Source: Candidatus Bathyarchaeota archaeon (GTDB lineage Archaea; Thermoproteota; Bathyarchaeia; Bathyarchaeales; Bathycorpusculaceae). Taken from it: DNA of 64,000 nucleotides. The stretch lies in NCBI GenBank assembly GCA_963767735.1, contig CAVYES010000009.1, positions 1 to 64,000 on the forward strand, in the 5' to 3' direction. A program made the position numbers and the translations under genes. The notes beneath the pieces are model-generated. The model did no database searches. It saw only the letters and a list, made by a program, of their open reading frames with translations, and had not been told where the DNA came from. Below, one piece after another: positions 1-10,962 of the stretch (position 1 is its first letter; each line of letters begins with the position of its first letter).

Positions 1-438
1 CTCGAAACAGCTTTTGGCTTTGTACCTACTTGATAAGTTGCCTACCATAAACGAGGTAAGAACATAACCGCCAGCTTTCTGCAGTAAACCGTCTGCTTCG
101 GGTGTTAATCCAGGTCCCCCGACACCGCCAACCTGTGGATCTTCAAAGTGCTTCAAAGCGTTGGTTAACCAGTCACTTCGAGGATAAGCGTCATTATCGA
201 TGAAAGCACAGAACTGACCATTCGATCTTTTAACGCCCGTGTTACGTTTGACCCCAGGAGCTACCGGTCCAGTAGCTACAACTTTGACCCCATCAATCGC
301 TTCGGTAGAATAGTCAGGTAACAATATTATCTCAAAATTTGGATAATCCAAGTGTCCACAGTATTCAATACACTCTCTCGTATAATCGTCCACATCTTTA
401 CAAGGTATAATAATTGAAACAAGCGGTTTTTAAGACAT
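1..438 (-). CDS. GT2 family glycosyltransferase, N-terminal part (runs off the window); in-frame TAA at codon 3
   Basis: Manual translation from ATG at 438: MS*KPLVSIIIPCKDVDDYTRECIEYCGHLDYPNFEIILLPD...FIDNDA, a GT-A N-terminus with a DxD motif. Absent from the ORF track. Confidence 0.75.
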
Positions 439-1211
439 TAATGTTCACGAAGAACAAGTGAAACCAGATTTTGAAAACCGTTTTTCTCGGGAAGCTGGCG
501 CTGATACCAATGGATGATCCGAAGTCTGTACGCTATTCCAAGCAAATCAATAAACATGTGCCACATCTCTTTCGGCTTAAATTGAGCATCCAACTTGATG
601 TTTACAGGCATCTCAACAACTTTCAAACCATAAAGATTCGCGACAGCCAGCAACTCAACGTCAAAAGCATAACGCTTCACAGCCAATCTGGGGAAAACAT
701 CGATAAACGCACTCTTCCTCATTGCTTTAAGCCCAGACTGGGTATCTTTAAGAGGCACCCCAGTAAGAAGACGAACCATGCCATTGAAGACTTTGCTAAA
801 GATTATTCGAGACACTGGCACTTCCACTCGTGAATCCCTATGCCGTTTAGAAGCTATAACAATATCACCATACTTCAGAGCATCAAGATACTTCGAAATC
901 GTTCTCAAGTCGATTTCCATGTCGCCGTCCGCAAAAATCACGACGTTCCCGCTGGTATGCATAAAACCAGTCTTCACAGCATGCCCTTTCCCCACGTTCT
1001 CGCTGTAACTCACCACTTTGACATGACCGTTTTTCCCAGCGTACCTCCTTGCTTTTGCTAAAGTGTCGTCTCTGCTGCCGTCATTAACTACCACAATTTC
1101 ATATGGCAAGTTCTTGTCCTTGATAACTTCATCTATTGTTCCGAGCGTGTCTTCAATGAAGTCTTCTTCATTGTATGCTGGGATAACGAAAGATAATTCT
1201 ACTTGCTGCAT
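438..1211 (-). CDS. GT2 polyprenol-phosphate hexosyltransferase (DPM1/ALG5-like)
   Basis: SFVIPAYNEE, VVNDGSRDDT, GKGHAV, FADGD, DTQSGLK and FDVELL motifs. Confidence 0.88.
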   Translation of the reverse strand: MQQVELSFVIPAYNEEDFIEDTLGTIDEVIKDKNLPYEIVVVNDGSRDDTLAKARRYAGKNGHVKVVSYSENVGKGHAVKTGFMHTSGNVVIFADGDMEIDLRTISKYLDALKYGDIVIASKRHRDSRVEVPVSRIIFSKVFNGMVRLLTGVPLKDTQSGLKAMRKSAFIDVFPRLAVKRYAFDVELLAVANLYGLKVVEMPVNIKLDAQFKPKEMWHMFIDLLGIAYRLRIIHWYQRQLPEKNGFQNLVSLVLREH

Positions 1212-1462
1212 TAAACAGCCACCTCATCATTGATTTTTCCGCGATATTTCAGAAAGCTGGCAAGTTGGAGAATAACCCCAGCGATCAAGGCATAATACGC
1301 GTAAACGGCTACATTGTCAGCTAAGAAAGCAAAGCCTGTAGACAGGGAAACAGCGGCAGCAATCAAAAGCAGCATGAACCCCACGATAAAGGGAGAGCCC
1401 CAATTCTCCTTAACGTATCCTTTGACCTTAAGTATAATCTTGTTGAAGCCGACTTGTGTCAT
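1211..1462 (-). CDS. Small 2-TM membrane protein
   Basis: Two hydrophobic helices; stop overlaps the start of the GT2 gene (TAATG coupling). Confidence 0.65.
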   Translation of the reverse strand: MTQVGFNKIILKVKGYVKENWGSPFIVGFMLLLIAAAVSLSTGFAFLADNVAVYAYYALIAGVILQLASFLKYRGKINDEVAV

Positions 1463-1589
1463 GTTACAGAGGCACTCTCATCTTTAAGAGCGAAGCTCAG
1501 AATTTAACGTTTGCCATAATCTCGGCATACACACAAAAAAAATTCTCAAAGTTCCACCTAACAAAGAGTTATGACTCACCAATTTTGAA

Positions 1590-1985
1590 TTACCGTTTGA
1601 ATATTTTAACATTATTAACATGCATCACAGCCAAGAAGATTGCGAACGAAGAATCAAATACCCAACTAATAGCAGAAATATTTCCTAACTTCTGTGCTGC
1701 GAAACTGATTTTTTGAGCCAGAGGCAAACCAATCTCCTTTAAACGACTCGAAAAACTGCTTTTAATAGCATCCTCCAGCTTCCTTGTGAGCGCGAGTAGG
1801 CTTTTTGCTAACTTTGAACTTCGGATGGTATCTACAACTCTTATCGTTAAATCAAAGAGTACTCTATCTATTCTTTGCAATGCTTTGAACCATGCGCCAG
1901 AACGCATAGCTTTAGTTTTCAGATTCACCAATTGTTTTTTATCAAGGAAGCAGAAAACATCGCCATTTAGTGCAGCTTTAGACAT
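1590..1985 (-). CDS. Hypothetical basic protein
   Basis: 131-aa ORF co-oriented within the glycosylation cluster; no recognised motif. Confidence 0.55.
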   Translation of the reverse strand: MSKAALNGDVFCFLDKKQLVNLKTKAMRSGAWFKALQRIDRVLFDLTIRVVDTIRSSKLAKSLLALTRKLEDAIKSSFSSRLKEIGLPLAQKISFAAQKLGNISAISWVFDSSFAIFLAVMHVNNVKIFKR

Positions 1986-2041
1986 CGTTTGTTTCCTTGG
2001 TTATTATTTTAGTAAACATCCATCTTGTGGGTATTTATGAA

Positions 2042-3454
2042 TTATGCATATTTACTGAAATTTAATAGATTATTATCCAAAGTTTCAATAACTCTGAAAT
2101 CTTTTTCTAAGCAAATAGTAACGCCACCGCATTTTATTGTTAGTTCTATGTGATCACGTTTTCTGCCGCGATTTTTTTTAGAATCTCGAGTTTTCGCTAA
2201 TTGGAATAGCATAACAACGAGCAAAATGGAAAAAACGCAACCTAATATTGCGAGAGTCACAATTCTTAGGGGTTCAACAGCCCAGATAGCATGCACCATA
2301 TCCAGCAAAATATTGGTGTACCGTGGAGCTAAAGGCAAAAAGAAGAAAGGAAGTGGACAATTCAGGACAGCGTAAAGTAACGCTACTATTGAAGCAGCCC
2401 AGTAAAAAGCCTCTTTAACGCGTCCTCCCACACATAATATGACTAGGAAGGGTATTGCCCAAACAAAATACTGCTCACAAATAATTCTATATGAAAGAAA
2501 CAAGGCAAGCACAGGCAAAAGCATTACCAAAGCCAAATCATAGGCGGGTTTCTGAAAAGTCATTTTGACAGTTCTCCAGTAAACGAGCCCCAAAGCAACA
2601 GCCACAAGCACAATCGACGCCATCGATGCAAAAGAAACGAACTCAGCAGTTACAGGCAAGTTGAGTAGCCGATTTAGCTGATAAAGCGACCAGTAAGAAA
2701 GACCAAAAGCCACAGGGTTAGTAACTTGATTAGCCACAGCACTAGAGGCTGCAGGATTTGACACAAAGAAGCCAGTGAAAAAGTTTTCTATCATGCCGAA
2801 ATAGGGAAGAAAAAGCAAAACTGTAGCAGCTGTAAAGACAGAAAAAAACTTTAAGCAATTCTTCCATTTATCTCCAACAGGACTCGACTTTAAAAGATAA
2901 ATCGCAATAGGCACCAAAAACAAAGCGGGATACAATTTTGAAGCCACACCTAAGCTGAGAAAAACCGCGGAAAGTGCATATTTCTTCCTCAACAAAAAGA
3001 AGAAGGCAACCAAAGAAAAAAGCGCAGGCAAAGTATCCCACATGCCCCAACCAGCTGAAATCCAAATTACAAATGGGTTAAGGAACCAGAGAAACGCGGC
3101 TTTTTCAGCAAGCCCCTTGCTATGTGTTAATTCCTCCACTATTTTGTAAAGAAGAAAAGCTATCGCAACATCTGAAATCAAGAAGGGGATTTTAAGTACA
3201 GAATTAAAAAGCATCCCTGGAACGTATTGGACATTAAAAGAAGGATAGAAGTTCAATGCCGATGGAAGAGAAGCCATAGGAATAGCCCTTGTGGAGAAAA
3301 TGCCTGCAAGCCAATTATAACTGTAAGCGACTGGAATCATCATGTAGTTGTTAAGCGGAGGAAACATCTGAACGCTTAAAGGTCCGTTTCGTATGATGCT
3401 TATTGCAGTGATATACCAAGCGTACATGTCAAATGGGTGAGCGGAAATCGGCAT
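2042..3454 (-). CDS. GT-C fold membrane glycosyltransferase (GT87/PIG-M-like)
   Basis: HPFD near the N-terminus, LNPFVIWISAGWGMWD, LGVASKLYP, ~11 TM segments. The frame stays open ~100 bp upstream, so the true start may be near 3557. Confidence 0.8.
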   Translation of the reverse strand: MPISAHPFDMYAWYITAISIIRNGPLSVQMFPPLNNYMMIPVAYSYNWLAGIFSTRAIPMASLPSALNFYPSFNVQYVPGMLFNSVLKIPFLISDVAIAFLLYKIVEELTHSKGLAEKAAFLWFLNPFVIWISAGWGMWDTLPALFSLVAFFFLLRKKYALSAVFLSLGVASKLYPALFLVPIAIYLLKSSPVGDKWKNCLKFFSVFTAATVLLFLPYFGMIENFFTGFFVSNPAASSAVANQVTNPVAFGLSYWSLYQLNRLLNLPVTAEFVSFASMASIVLVAVALGLVYWRTVKMTFQKPAYDLALVMLLPVLALFLSYRIICEQYFVWAIPFLVILCVGGRVKEAFYWAASIVALLYAVLNCPLPFFFLPLAPRYTNILLDMVHAIWAVEPLRIVTLAILGCVFSILLVVMLFQLAKTRDSKKNRGRKRDHIELTIKCGGVTICLEKDFRVIETLDNNLLNFSKYA

Positions 3455-3560
3455 CAGAATAACTCTTATGACTACGCCAACGATGATTATGCTTGCTAAT
3501 TTATGCTTTGAAATTAACTCGCGAATTTTTGAAATTATCAGTTTTTCAACTCTGCATTAG

Positions 3561-5057
3561 TTAATTTGGAGCATAGTGGTAAATGGCGATTTCGCCGCTC
3601 TGATAGATTTCGTGAAATGCCGATGCCACGGTCGGTTGCCCTTCCCATCCTTTTCCATTTACCCACCATATAAGGTATATTTGACTATACCCTTCTTGGG
3701 CAGCTGTCGTTGCAGCATTTAAAGGATTACCGAACTCATATAGAAACACCTGATCAGGGTTAAATGTTGTGAGCGCCCAACCATAAAACACCCTGTGCGT
3801 AAGCAAAATCGAGTTTCCTGTCATGTTATCTTTAAGCCATTGAAGGGCATTTACTGTTCCTTGGCAGTCGGTTATGGATACGGTGTTTTGAAGCATCGAG
3901 GTCGGAATCGTGTAAATGTAAGGGTTCACTCCCTCCGCAAAATACGGAAAAGGATTTGCTGGAGTCATCACCATGAAACCTAAACTCAGAACCACAGTTA
4001 CAAGCATAAGATAAACTAAGCCTACGCGCAGCGAAGTTATCTTAAAACGTTTCCAGTGAACAGACTTAAGCCAGCTTAACCCTTCCGTCGCATAGAAAGC
4101 TAAGGGGTAAACAAGCAGCATTACAATGCGCAGATCGCTAGGGCTTACCATGGGAATTAAAGATGCAATAAAAACTAAAACGATAAAACTGCGCATCTGG
4201 AAGTTGCGAAAACGCTTCACACTCAAAAGTGCTAAGGGCAGTAGGGGCACGAAGCAGTACAGGAAAAACCCTGCTTCATTTGCCAACATTGCTGGATAAG
4301 AAGAGTAGCCAAACAGCGCCAGCCAGCCATCCGTTGTTGTAGGGAAACCGAAAATCAAACGGTACTCTGGCACTGCAGGACTCAAATAAAAGATGAGGAA
4401 AAAAAGCAGCACCGCCGGCAAAGAAAACATGATTAAGCGAACAGCATCAACGCGGCTTTCGCGAACCAGCTTATAAACAACAGTGAAGAGCAACACACCA
4501 AGCACAAGAACAGCCACCACTTGATTTGACAACACGACTGCGGCTAGAGCCAAAGAAAACGCCGCGTAACGCTTCCAAGAAAACTTGCCTGACTCTCCAG
4601 CTTTGGTGACAAGCAACATGAGAACTACAAAGAAAAAGATTAACGCCAGTTCTTCTCGAAACGCATCCCATGAAACCCGCAGAGCCACAAAATACAAAGT
4701 TCCAACCAGAGCAGGCACAATGCTTTTTTTAGGCGACCAGCCCAAGCCGCGCCTGGCGTAACCATACATGGCTAAACCCAAAAACCCAAGAAGCACGGAT
4801 GGAAGCACCTTAAGCACTAAAACAACTGAGCCGCCGCTTAAGACGAAACCGATAATCAAAGTGTACAGCAGCGGAGCTGTAGCAATGAAACTCGCTATGG
4901 TTACGTTGCCATGCAGCCACAGCGTTGTTGTTGAAGTGTAATATGCCATCGTGTCAAAGCCAACAACGTATGGCCCCATCAAAACTTCAGGGATAAATCT
5001 GATTAACAGGGGAACTGCAAACGCAAGCAACGGAAACAGATACTTTTTTGGAAACAA
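3561..5057 (-). CDS. Polytopic membrane protein, probable GT-C glycosyltransferase
   Basis: PYVVGFDTMAYY loop after TM1, many TMs, C-terminal soluble domain with ALQWLKDN. Confidence 0.65.
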   Translation of the reverse strand: MFPKKYLFPLLAFAVPLLIRFIPEVLMGPYVVGFDTMAYYTSTTTLWLHGNVTIASFIATAPLLYTLIIGFVLSGGSVVLVLKVLPSVLLGFLGLAMYGYARRGLGWSPKKSIVPALVGTLYFVALRVSWDAFREELALIFFFVVLMLLVTKAGESGKFSWKRYAAFSLALAAVVLSNQVVAVLVLGVLLFTVVYKLVRESRVDAVRLIMFSLPAVLLFFLIFYLSPAVPEYRLIFGFPTTTDGWLALFGYSSYPAMLANEAGFFLYCFVPLLPLALLSVKRFRNFQMRSFIVLVFIASLIPMVSPSDLRIVMLLVYPLAFYATEGLSWLKSVHWKRFKITSLRVGLVYLMLVTVVLSLGFMVMTPANPFPYFAEGVNPYIYTIPTSMLQNTVSITDCQGTVNALQWLKDNMTGNSILLTHRVFYGWALTTFNPDQVFLYEFGNPLNAATTAAQEGYSQIYLIWWVNGKGWEGQPTVASAFHEIYQSGEIAIYHYAPN

Positions 5058-5116
5058 ATCACTTACAACTCGGACTTGGAGAAGTTAAATTTTTCCCAAA
5101 ATGCCCCAAGAAAACG

Positions 5117-6396
5117 TTAATCCACAAGAAGCCAATTTTTGCTTTGTGAAGAAATCAGGGATGGATTAGGAGCAGTTACATTGTTATTTATCGCGTATAA
5201 TGCTGCTGCCAAGATTAACCCGTTAGTTTTATCAATCACGGTTGAAACCACCTGACCGTTTTCGTTAATTCCATCTTGGTACCCACTGTGTGTAAGGCAG
5301 ACAGGCGCAATTGCGTTAACCATGCTTTGCGTGTAGTTTGTGTTATAGAGTGCGTCTAAGCCAACCGCTACTTTCAAATAAACAACCGGCGTCACGGAAA
5401 TAACAGAAGTTTGATCCTTCTCGATAACCCACGTGTTTCCATTGGGCAACACTACCCATTCCCAAATGTAAGTTTCCCCACTCTCCCCTACGATGTTTCC
5501 CTCACTGAAAGCTGTGTATTTTCCCGTTGCATTATACCTCGCTTCCTCGGCAAGGTAAACTTGCCTTGACAAATTCAGCAAGCCTTGCGTCAGGTTGTTG
5601 AAAATTAAAGATGGAAAGAAGCAAAGGTTCAGACGTTATTTTAGCTTCAGGCAACGCAACACCATAAGTTTCGACTGTAGGAGCATTAACAATGTTGTTA
5701 AGGATAGTGTTTGCTTCCGCAGAAAACTGGCTAGGCCAAAAATCCGCAAAGCCGCATGCGACATAATAGTCATAGATGTCAACAGAGCCAGCTACCGCAC
5801 TAACAGCTTCACGCTCAGGTCCATAATTGGTGCGGTTATACACGATATAGTCTAATGGTGCTTGCTAAATCAGGCATGTACGCCTTCAAGTTATTTAGAG
5901 ACACAAACAAGTTGCCGGCGTCAGTGGCAACCTGAGCTGAATCATCTTCATTTTGCCCATTTGCTGTACAATACCTATCATAGGGCTGGCCATCACTTGT
6001 TAATGGTCGAGTTTCAAGAAAAGTCAATATTTTATTGATTCGCCAGTCGGCACCATAAGTCCCATTGTCGCTTATTATGCCCAGTTTATCAGCGTCAATA
6101 ATTGCTTGAATATAGACGCCTAAATCCCAATCTGTGAAATAGGGGTAACCCTGACCCGAAGCATCCAGCCCAGTTACAGAGTTTACGCCGTTTCCAACCT
6201 GAAAATACTGCCAGGCATTAGTAGCCAAACCCGTCCAATACGCAGAACCAGTGGAAACCGCAGGATTCTGAACGACTTGATTAACTGAGGCGTTTTCGGC
6301 AAGCCAAAAGCCCTGCGAAGCAACCACGACCACCATAATCACTGCAAACACCATTGATGCACGAACCTTTATGCCCTTCAGTACGATGCCTCCCAC
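5117..6396 (-). pseudogene. DUF3131-type (alpha/alpha)6 glycoside hydrolase-like protein, split by two frameshifts (ORFs 5836-6396, 5532-5843, 5117-5581)
   Basis: The three fragments align in order to paralog 8049-9737 (AWQYF, FTDWDLG.YIQA.IDA, AFSEGN, TNxLIL.AALYA). Confidence 0.75.
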
Positions 6397-6574
6397 TTAA
6401 CCAACTGAACACGAAACTCCAGACAGCTCTAACATTCCAAATTAAGCTTCGCTTATATCATTTACCTAATTCAAACATAATCCTGCAAAACAGGCATTGA
6501 TGCAACTGTAAATTCGATGAAAACATAGGGCAAAATGTGCCTAGAATAAACTGCTTCAGCTCTGTTTTAAAGAG

Positions 6575-7717
6575 TCAGCAGTGTAAAAGCGATAGGTATG
6601 CTTCTTCGTAGGCTTTTGCTACGGCGCTCCAGTTTTCCCTTTGAGCAAAATTCAGGTTTTGCTCGCTCATTTTTGCGGCAACGTCTTTGTTAAAGAGGAC
6701 CTTTAAAATTGCGTTTTTGAGGGCGTCTGCGTCGCCGGAAGGCACAAGAACTGCTGAAGCACCATCGTTAACCATTTCTCTGATTTCAGGCAGGTCAGAG
6801 GCCACGATAGGTCGCCCGTAGCCGCAGGCGAGATGGAATACGCCGCTTGTTCCTGGCGCGGCATTGTAAGGCAGAACCACCACGTCAGCTCTTCTGAAAA
6901 CGGACGTCAGCTTTTCCTGTGGGACATAACCTGTGAATTCAACGTTGGGCGTATGTACTTTATCAAATTCTTCTAAGTAATGGGGAAAGTTGGGGTGATT
7001 TGAACCAGCAACTACCAGTTTGATGTTGTTTTTTTCCTTCGTGATTTTTTCAAAGGCTTCAAACATTAAGGGGAGTCCCTTGTGGGGTCCCATGTGACCG
7101 AAAATCAAAATGACTTTTCCATCAGAATTCATCTTCGGATTTGTATCCACTGTGGCGCCGTGAGGTATGTACTGAACGCCTTTGTGGCCGTAACGTTGCT
7201 TCAAAAAATCACCATAGGAGCGAACAAGCACCACTACGGTTTGGGCAGAAAGGATAATTTTTGTTGCCAAGAGAATTCCGACTCGGTTGAGAAAACTATC
7301 TTTCAGGCCAAATTTCTCTAAATCTGCTTTTTCGCCTAGTGTGTGCACTGCGGCTAAAACGCGAAAACCGAGAAGTCGACTAAGAAGAATCAGCGATAAA
7401 CCAGTTACGTTGGTGAGTTTATTCTTGCCGAAACTTTGGAAACTCACGTTAAAATGCACGACATCGGGTCTTAGCTTCAAGATGTAGTACATTAAGCTTA
7501 GCACTGAAGGCAAATTATCGGCTTTCCAAACCCTGAAAACTTTAACCTTAGGGTCTTCCGGTAACACTTTCCCCGAAAGGCTAGTTTTGTCAACTAAAAG
7601 ATACAGGGCATCAATCGCGGGTCTGCCTGCTAGAGCAGTCACTAAATTCTGGGCATATTCGCTTAAACGTGCATGATTAGGTGGATAAGAAGAGACAAAA
7701 CAGACCCGCAACCACAC
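6575..7717 (-). CDS. GT4 family glycosyltransferase
   Basis: SSYPP, YIPHG, FGHMGPHKG, ADVVVLPY, GRPIVASD. Confidence 0.9.
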   Translation of the reverse strand: MWLRVCFVSSYPPNHARLSEYAQNLVTALAGRPAIDALYLLVDKTSLSGKVLPEDPKVKVFRVWKADNLPSVLSLMYYILKLRPDVVHFNVSFQSFGKNKLTNVTGLSLILLSRLLGFRVLAAVHTLGEKADLEKFGLKDSFLNRVGILLATKIILSAQTVVVLVRSYGDFLKQRYGHKGVQYIPHGATVDTNPKMNSDGKVILIFGHMGPHKGLPLMFEAFEKITKEKNNIKLVVAGSNHPNFPHYLEEFDKVHTPNVEFTGYVPQEKLTSVFRRADVVVLPYNAAPGTSGVFHLACGYGRPIVASDLPEIREMVNDGASAVLVPSGDADALKNAILKVLFNKDVAAKMSEQNLNFAQRENWSAVAKAYEEAYLSLLHC

Positions 7718-8048
7718 TATTCTCCTTGTCCACGAACTTTAGAAACCGAAACTTGCAAGATATCAAGTGAAATCACCGTAGTCAAGCAGAACGCATTTAT
7801 CTTTTTCTTAGCAATCATTCAACATTGTTCCTGAAACGTCTTTAAGGCGTTCGCTGGGTCCAGATTCATTCATCTTTGCCTCTTACGAGTTTGAATTTAC
7901 ATGGATTTCCCATCTTAAGAGGTTTTAGGTTCTCAAGTTATTTTAAATGCCACACTCCACAAAAATAATCGCCTCATAATCACTAGCAGACGGTGAAAAA
8001 TTGCCAAAATTTAAAGTGGGTCAACTTATTGTTTAGATTTCATGTAAT

Positions 8049-9737
8049 TTAGGCGGTGGAATTATTTTGTAGGGCGTAGAGTGCGGCGTCTAAGATTAGC
8101 TGATTCGTGTTGCTGCCAATACCCGAAATCGCAAACCCACTGTTATTGGCTCCGTCAGCGTAGCCGATTACGGGCAAAGGAAGATTTTGTTCAAGGTAAA
8201 TGATCATGTTGCGGGCATACGTCGTGTTGTAGAGAGCTAAGAAGCTAAACGCTATTTTAGTGTAAATAACGGGATCTACGCTCAAATATCCACTGACACC
8301 AAGTGTCGTTATCACCCATGTATCACCATTAGGCACAACAACCCACTCGTCGATGAAAGTGCCATTGTAGCCATTTCCTTCACTAAAAGCTGCAAAGTTC
8401 CCTGTCGCATTATAATAAGCTTCAGAAGCCAAATAAACCTCCTGGGATAAAGCCAGCAGCCTAGAATCATTATTGTTCAGCTCAAAAATAGACATAAGCA
8501 ACGGATCACCAGAAATCGAAGCATCAGGCAAGGAAACATTACCATAAGGCGAGTACGTAACATTAGCTTTCAAAATATTGGTCAATACTTCATTCGGAGC
8601 GTTGGAAAGAGCGGGGAAAAAGCTTGCGAAACCGCTGTAAACAAAATAGGAGTACAGGTCAGTTGAGGTAAGGCTATCTTGCTCGATGCCAGGCACTAAA
8701 GCGGCATAATTACATTTGTCGTATACTATGTAATCTATTTGTTGCTTGAAGCTACTGTTATAACTTTCAAGATTGTAGAGAGCAACCATCAACCTTCCCG
8801 TATCAGTAACATCAACATAGCTCTCTTGTGGCATATTGTAAACACTTCCATTTGTAGCGTCATAGAACTGGTACGGGTAGTCAGTATTGGGATTAAGGGT
8901 TCGGTTTTCTAGGAAAGTTAAAACCATATTTACTCTTTCATTAAAGCCCCATAAGTCATTGGGGCCTATTAGGGTTAAATTCTGCGCGTCGATGAGAGCT
9001 TGGATATAGCAGCCTAAGTCCCAATCGGTGAAACCCGTGAAGCTTGTGCCTAGGGCGTAAGGAAGCCCGGTGTTAGAATCTACTCCTATGCCCGGTTGAA
9101 AATAATCCCAAGCGTACGAAGCCACCTGCAACCAAATGTCGCTGGTGATGTTTGTGTCAGACTGTATTAAGCCAGGAGGGCGAACATAAGTTGATGGTGA
9201 ATCTGAACCTATTTCAGTAAAAGTGTGAGTTGAATTAATAGACACTAAGCCTTTACTTTTGCTGGGAGGTTTAGCCGTCGGCGACGGAGTTGCGGTCGAG
9301 TTGCCACTTGGCGGAATAACATTGCCTTTGGTAACGCCTTGTTTTGGCAAAAACGCAAAAACAGAAATCAGCATAACAGCTACAATCACAAACACTGTGA
9401 GAAACTTTGCTTTTCTGCCAAATCGCCAATGATTCTGCCTGAAAAATCCTTTTTTGGGCTCAGCTTCGATAGAGACCTCTAAGGAAGCAAGCCAGACTAA
9501 GAGAAGACTGCAACTTTTTCTGAAATTAACCAAAGCATTTGTCTTCGTAACTGGACTGCACCGTTTTTGATGAGTGGTTATGCCCTTCTCCATTAAACCA
9601 AACCACACGACCGTTGTAATAATCAAGGAATAGGTTAGGCTGGATTTAAAACTATGGCATAGAAATTTAAACACAGATAGAATTATTTGCCAATTAAGTT
9701 CGATTTTTTTTATGTATATGAAGCAGTTACTTTGCAA
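8049..9737 (-). CDS. Membrane-anchored DUF3131-type glycoside hydrolase-like protein; true start probably ~9480
   Basis: TM anchor, Pro/Ser/Thr linker, AWDYF..G.D..TGL, TDWDLG, DTGRL, AFSEG. The first ~85 aa of the ORF look like non-coding read-through. Confidence 0.7.
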   Translation of the reverse strand: MQSNCFIYIKKIELNWQIILSVFKFLCHSFKSSLTYSLIITTVVWFGLMEKGITTHQKRCSPVTKTNALVNFRKSCSLLLVWLASLEVSIEAEPKKGFFRQNHWRFGRKAKFLTVFVIVAVMLISVFAFLPKQGVTKGNVIPPSGNSTATPSPTAKPPSKSKGLVSINSTHTFTEIGSDSPSTYVRPPGLIQSDTNITSDIWLQVASYAWDYFQPGIGVDSNTGLPYALGTSFTGFTDWDLGCYIQALIDAQNLTLIGPNDLWGFNERVNMVLTFLENRTLNPNTDYPYQFYDATNGSVYNMPQESYVDVTDTGRLMVALYNLESYNSSFKQQIDYIVYDKCNYAALVPGIEQDSLTSTDLYSYFVYSGFASFFPALSNAPNEVLTNILKANVTYSPYGNVSLPDASISGDPLLMSIFELNNNDSRLLALSQEVYLASEAYYNATGNFAAFSEGNGYNGTFIDEWVVVPNGDTWVITTLGVSGYLSVDPVIYTKIAFSFLALYNTTYARNMIIYLEQNLPLPVIGYADGANNSGFAISGIGSNTNQLILDAALYALQNNSTA

Positions 9738-10962
9738 TGTTGGGTGTTATGAATCCTTTTTTAACTGTTTTAGTCCAAACCCTCTTGCGCCTAAATATCA
9801 ATTTCAGAAAAGCCCATCCAGCAATACACATCTGAATAAACCAGTAAACGTAAACTGCAGGAACCCACATCAGGTTTCGAAGTTTAATGGGTTTCTCAGA
9901 TGCCATCAATCCAACACCGACCGAAACTAAAGAGACAGCGGTTAAAGCGATGACTAGACCAGTGAAATTTATGACCGGGTTGCTTTCAGAAAGAAACAAC
10001 GCAAGGAAAAACCAGTTCACATAGCTTAATAGCGAAACAACCATCATGAAGGGTCCTGCAAGGGAAATTTCGGCATCCACAGTCTTCTTGTTTAAAGTGT
10101 CAAGAAGACGCCCATACTTTAAAGCCGTCTCCATGTAACCTCTATACCAACGAACCCGCTGTTTAACGAAGTCTCTTAAGCCATTAGGTGATTCCTGCCC
10201 GCAGCAAACATCTTCAGCATACTTTATCTGATGCTTCTTTTCAACCAGCCGCAAAGCCAACTCTACATCTTCCGTAAGAGAAGTCTCATCCCACCCACCT
10301 AACTCTTCCAACGTGCTGCGTCTTATGAATTGGCAACTACCGTTTAGGGGAACAAACAGCTGTAGCTTTTCCCTTCCGCTAAGCAAAGCCTGAAACCAAG
10401 CTTTCTCCTCCGCCGCGATAACCCTTGTCAAAATGTTTTTTTTCTCATTCAACGAGGTAGTTCTGCCCTGCACAGCCACTAATTGCTTATCTTCAAGATA
10501 CGACACAACTTTCCTAAGAACATCCTTGTCGGGGAGACTGTCAGCATCAAAAACGCCTACAATTTCGCCCGTTGTATAGGTCAATGCGAGGTTGAGAGCG
10601 GCGGGCTTTCCTTTAGATTCCTTTTCATTGATAACCTTAAAGGTTCCACTATACTTTGATGAAAAATCAGAGCACAACTTGCAAGTGTTGTCACTCGAAT
10701 TGCCATCCACCACTATAATTTCCAACTTGTCTTTGGGGTAATCCAAATCAAGTAAGCCATTCAAACAGCGTCCAATAACTGCCTCTTCATTCTTAGTCGG
10801 TACAATAATCGAAATCTTCGGCGTCTCATTTGAATAACTAGTACTTTGGACGCGCTTGCGCCTATTTTTTACGCCTACATAAATGATTGAGCCATTGTAC
10901 GCCGTCCAAAAAAGCAACACCGAGAGCAAAATGATAGAGGTGATATCAAAAAAAAGTATCAT
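9727..10962 (-). CDS. Processive GT2 polysaccharide synthase (cellulose synthase-like)
   Basis: KGKPAALN, FDAD, LTED and QRVRW (D,D,D,QxxRW signature) with flanking TMs. Confidence 0.9.
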   Translation of the reverse strand: MILFFDITSIILLSVLLFWTAYNGSIIYVGVKNRRKRVQSTSYSNETPKISIIVPTKNEEAVIGRCLNGLLDLDYPKDKLEIIVVDGNSSDNTCKLCSDFSSKYSGTFKVINEKESKGKPAALNLALTYTTGEIVGVFDADSLPDKDVLRKVVSYLEDKQLVAVQGRTTSLNEKKNILTRVIAAEEKAWFQALLSGREKLQLFVPLNGSCQFIRRSTLEELGGWDETSLTEDVELALRLVEKKHQIKYAEDVCCGQESPNGLRDFVKQRVRWYRGYMETALKYGRLLDTLNKKTVDAEISLAGPFMMVVSLLSYVNWFFLALFLSESNPVINFTGLVIALTAVSLVSVGVGLMASEKPIKLRNLMWVPAVYVYWFIQMCIAGWAFLKLIFRRKRVWTKTVKKGFITPNIAK

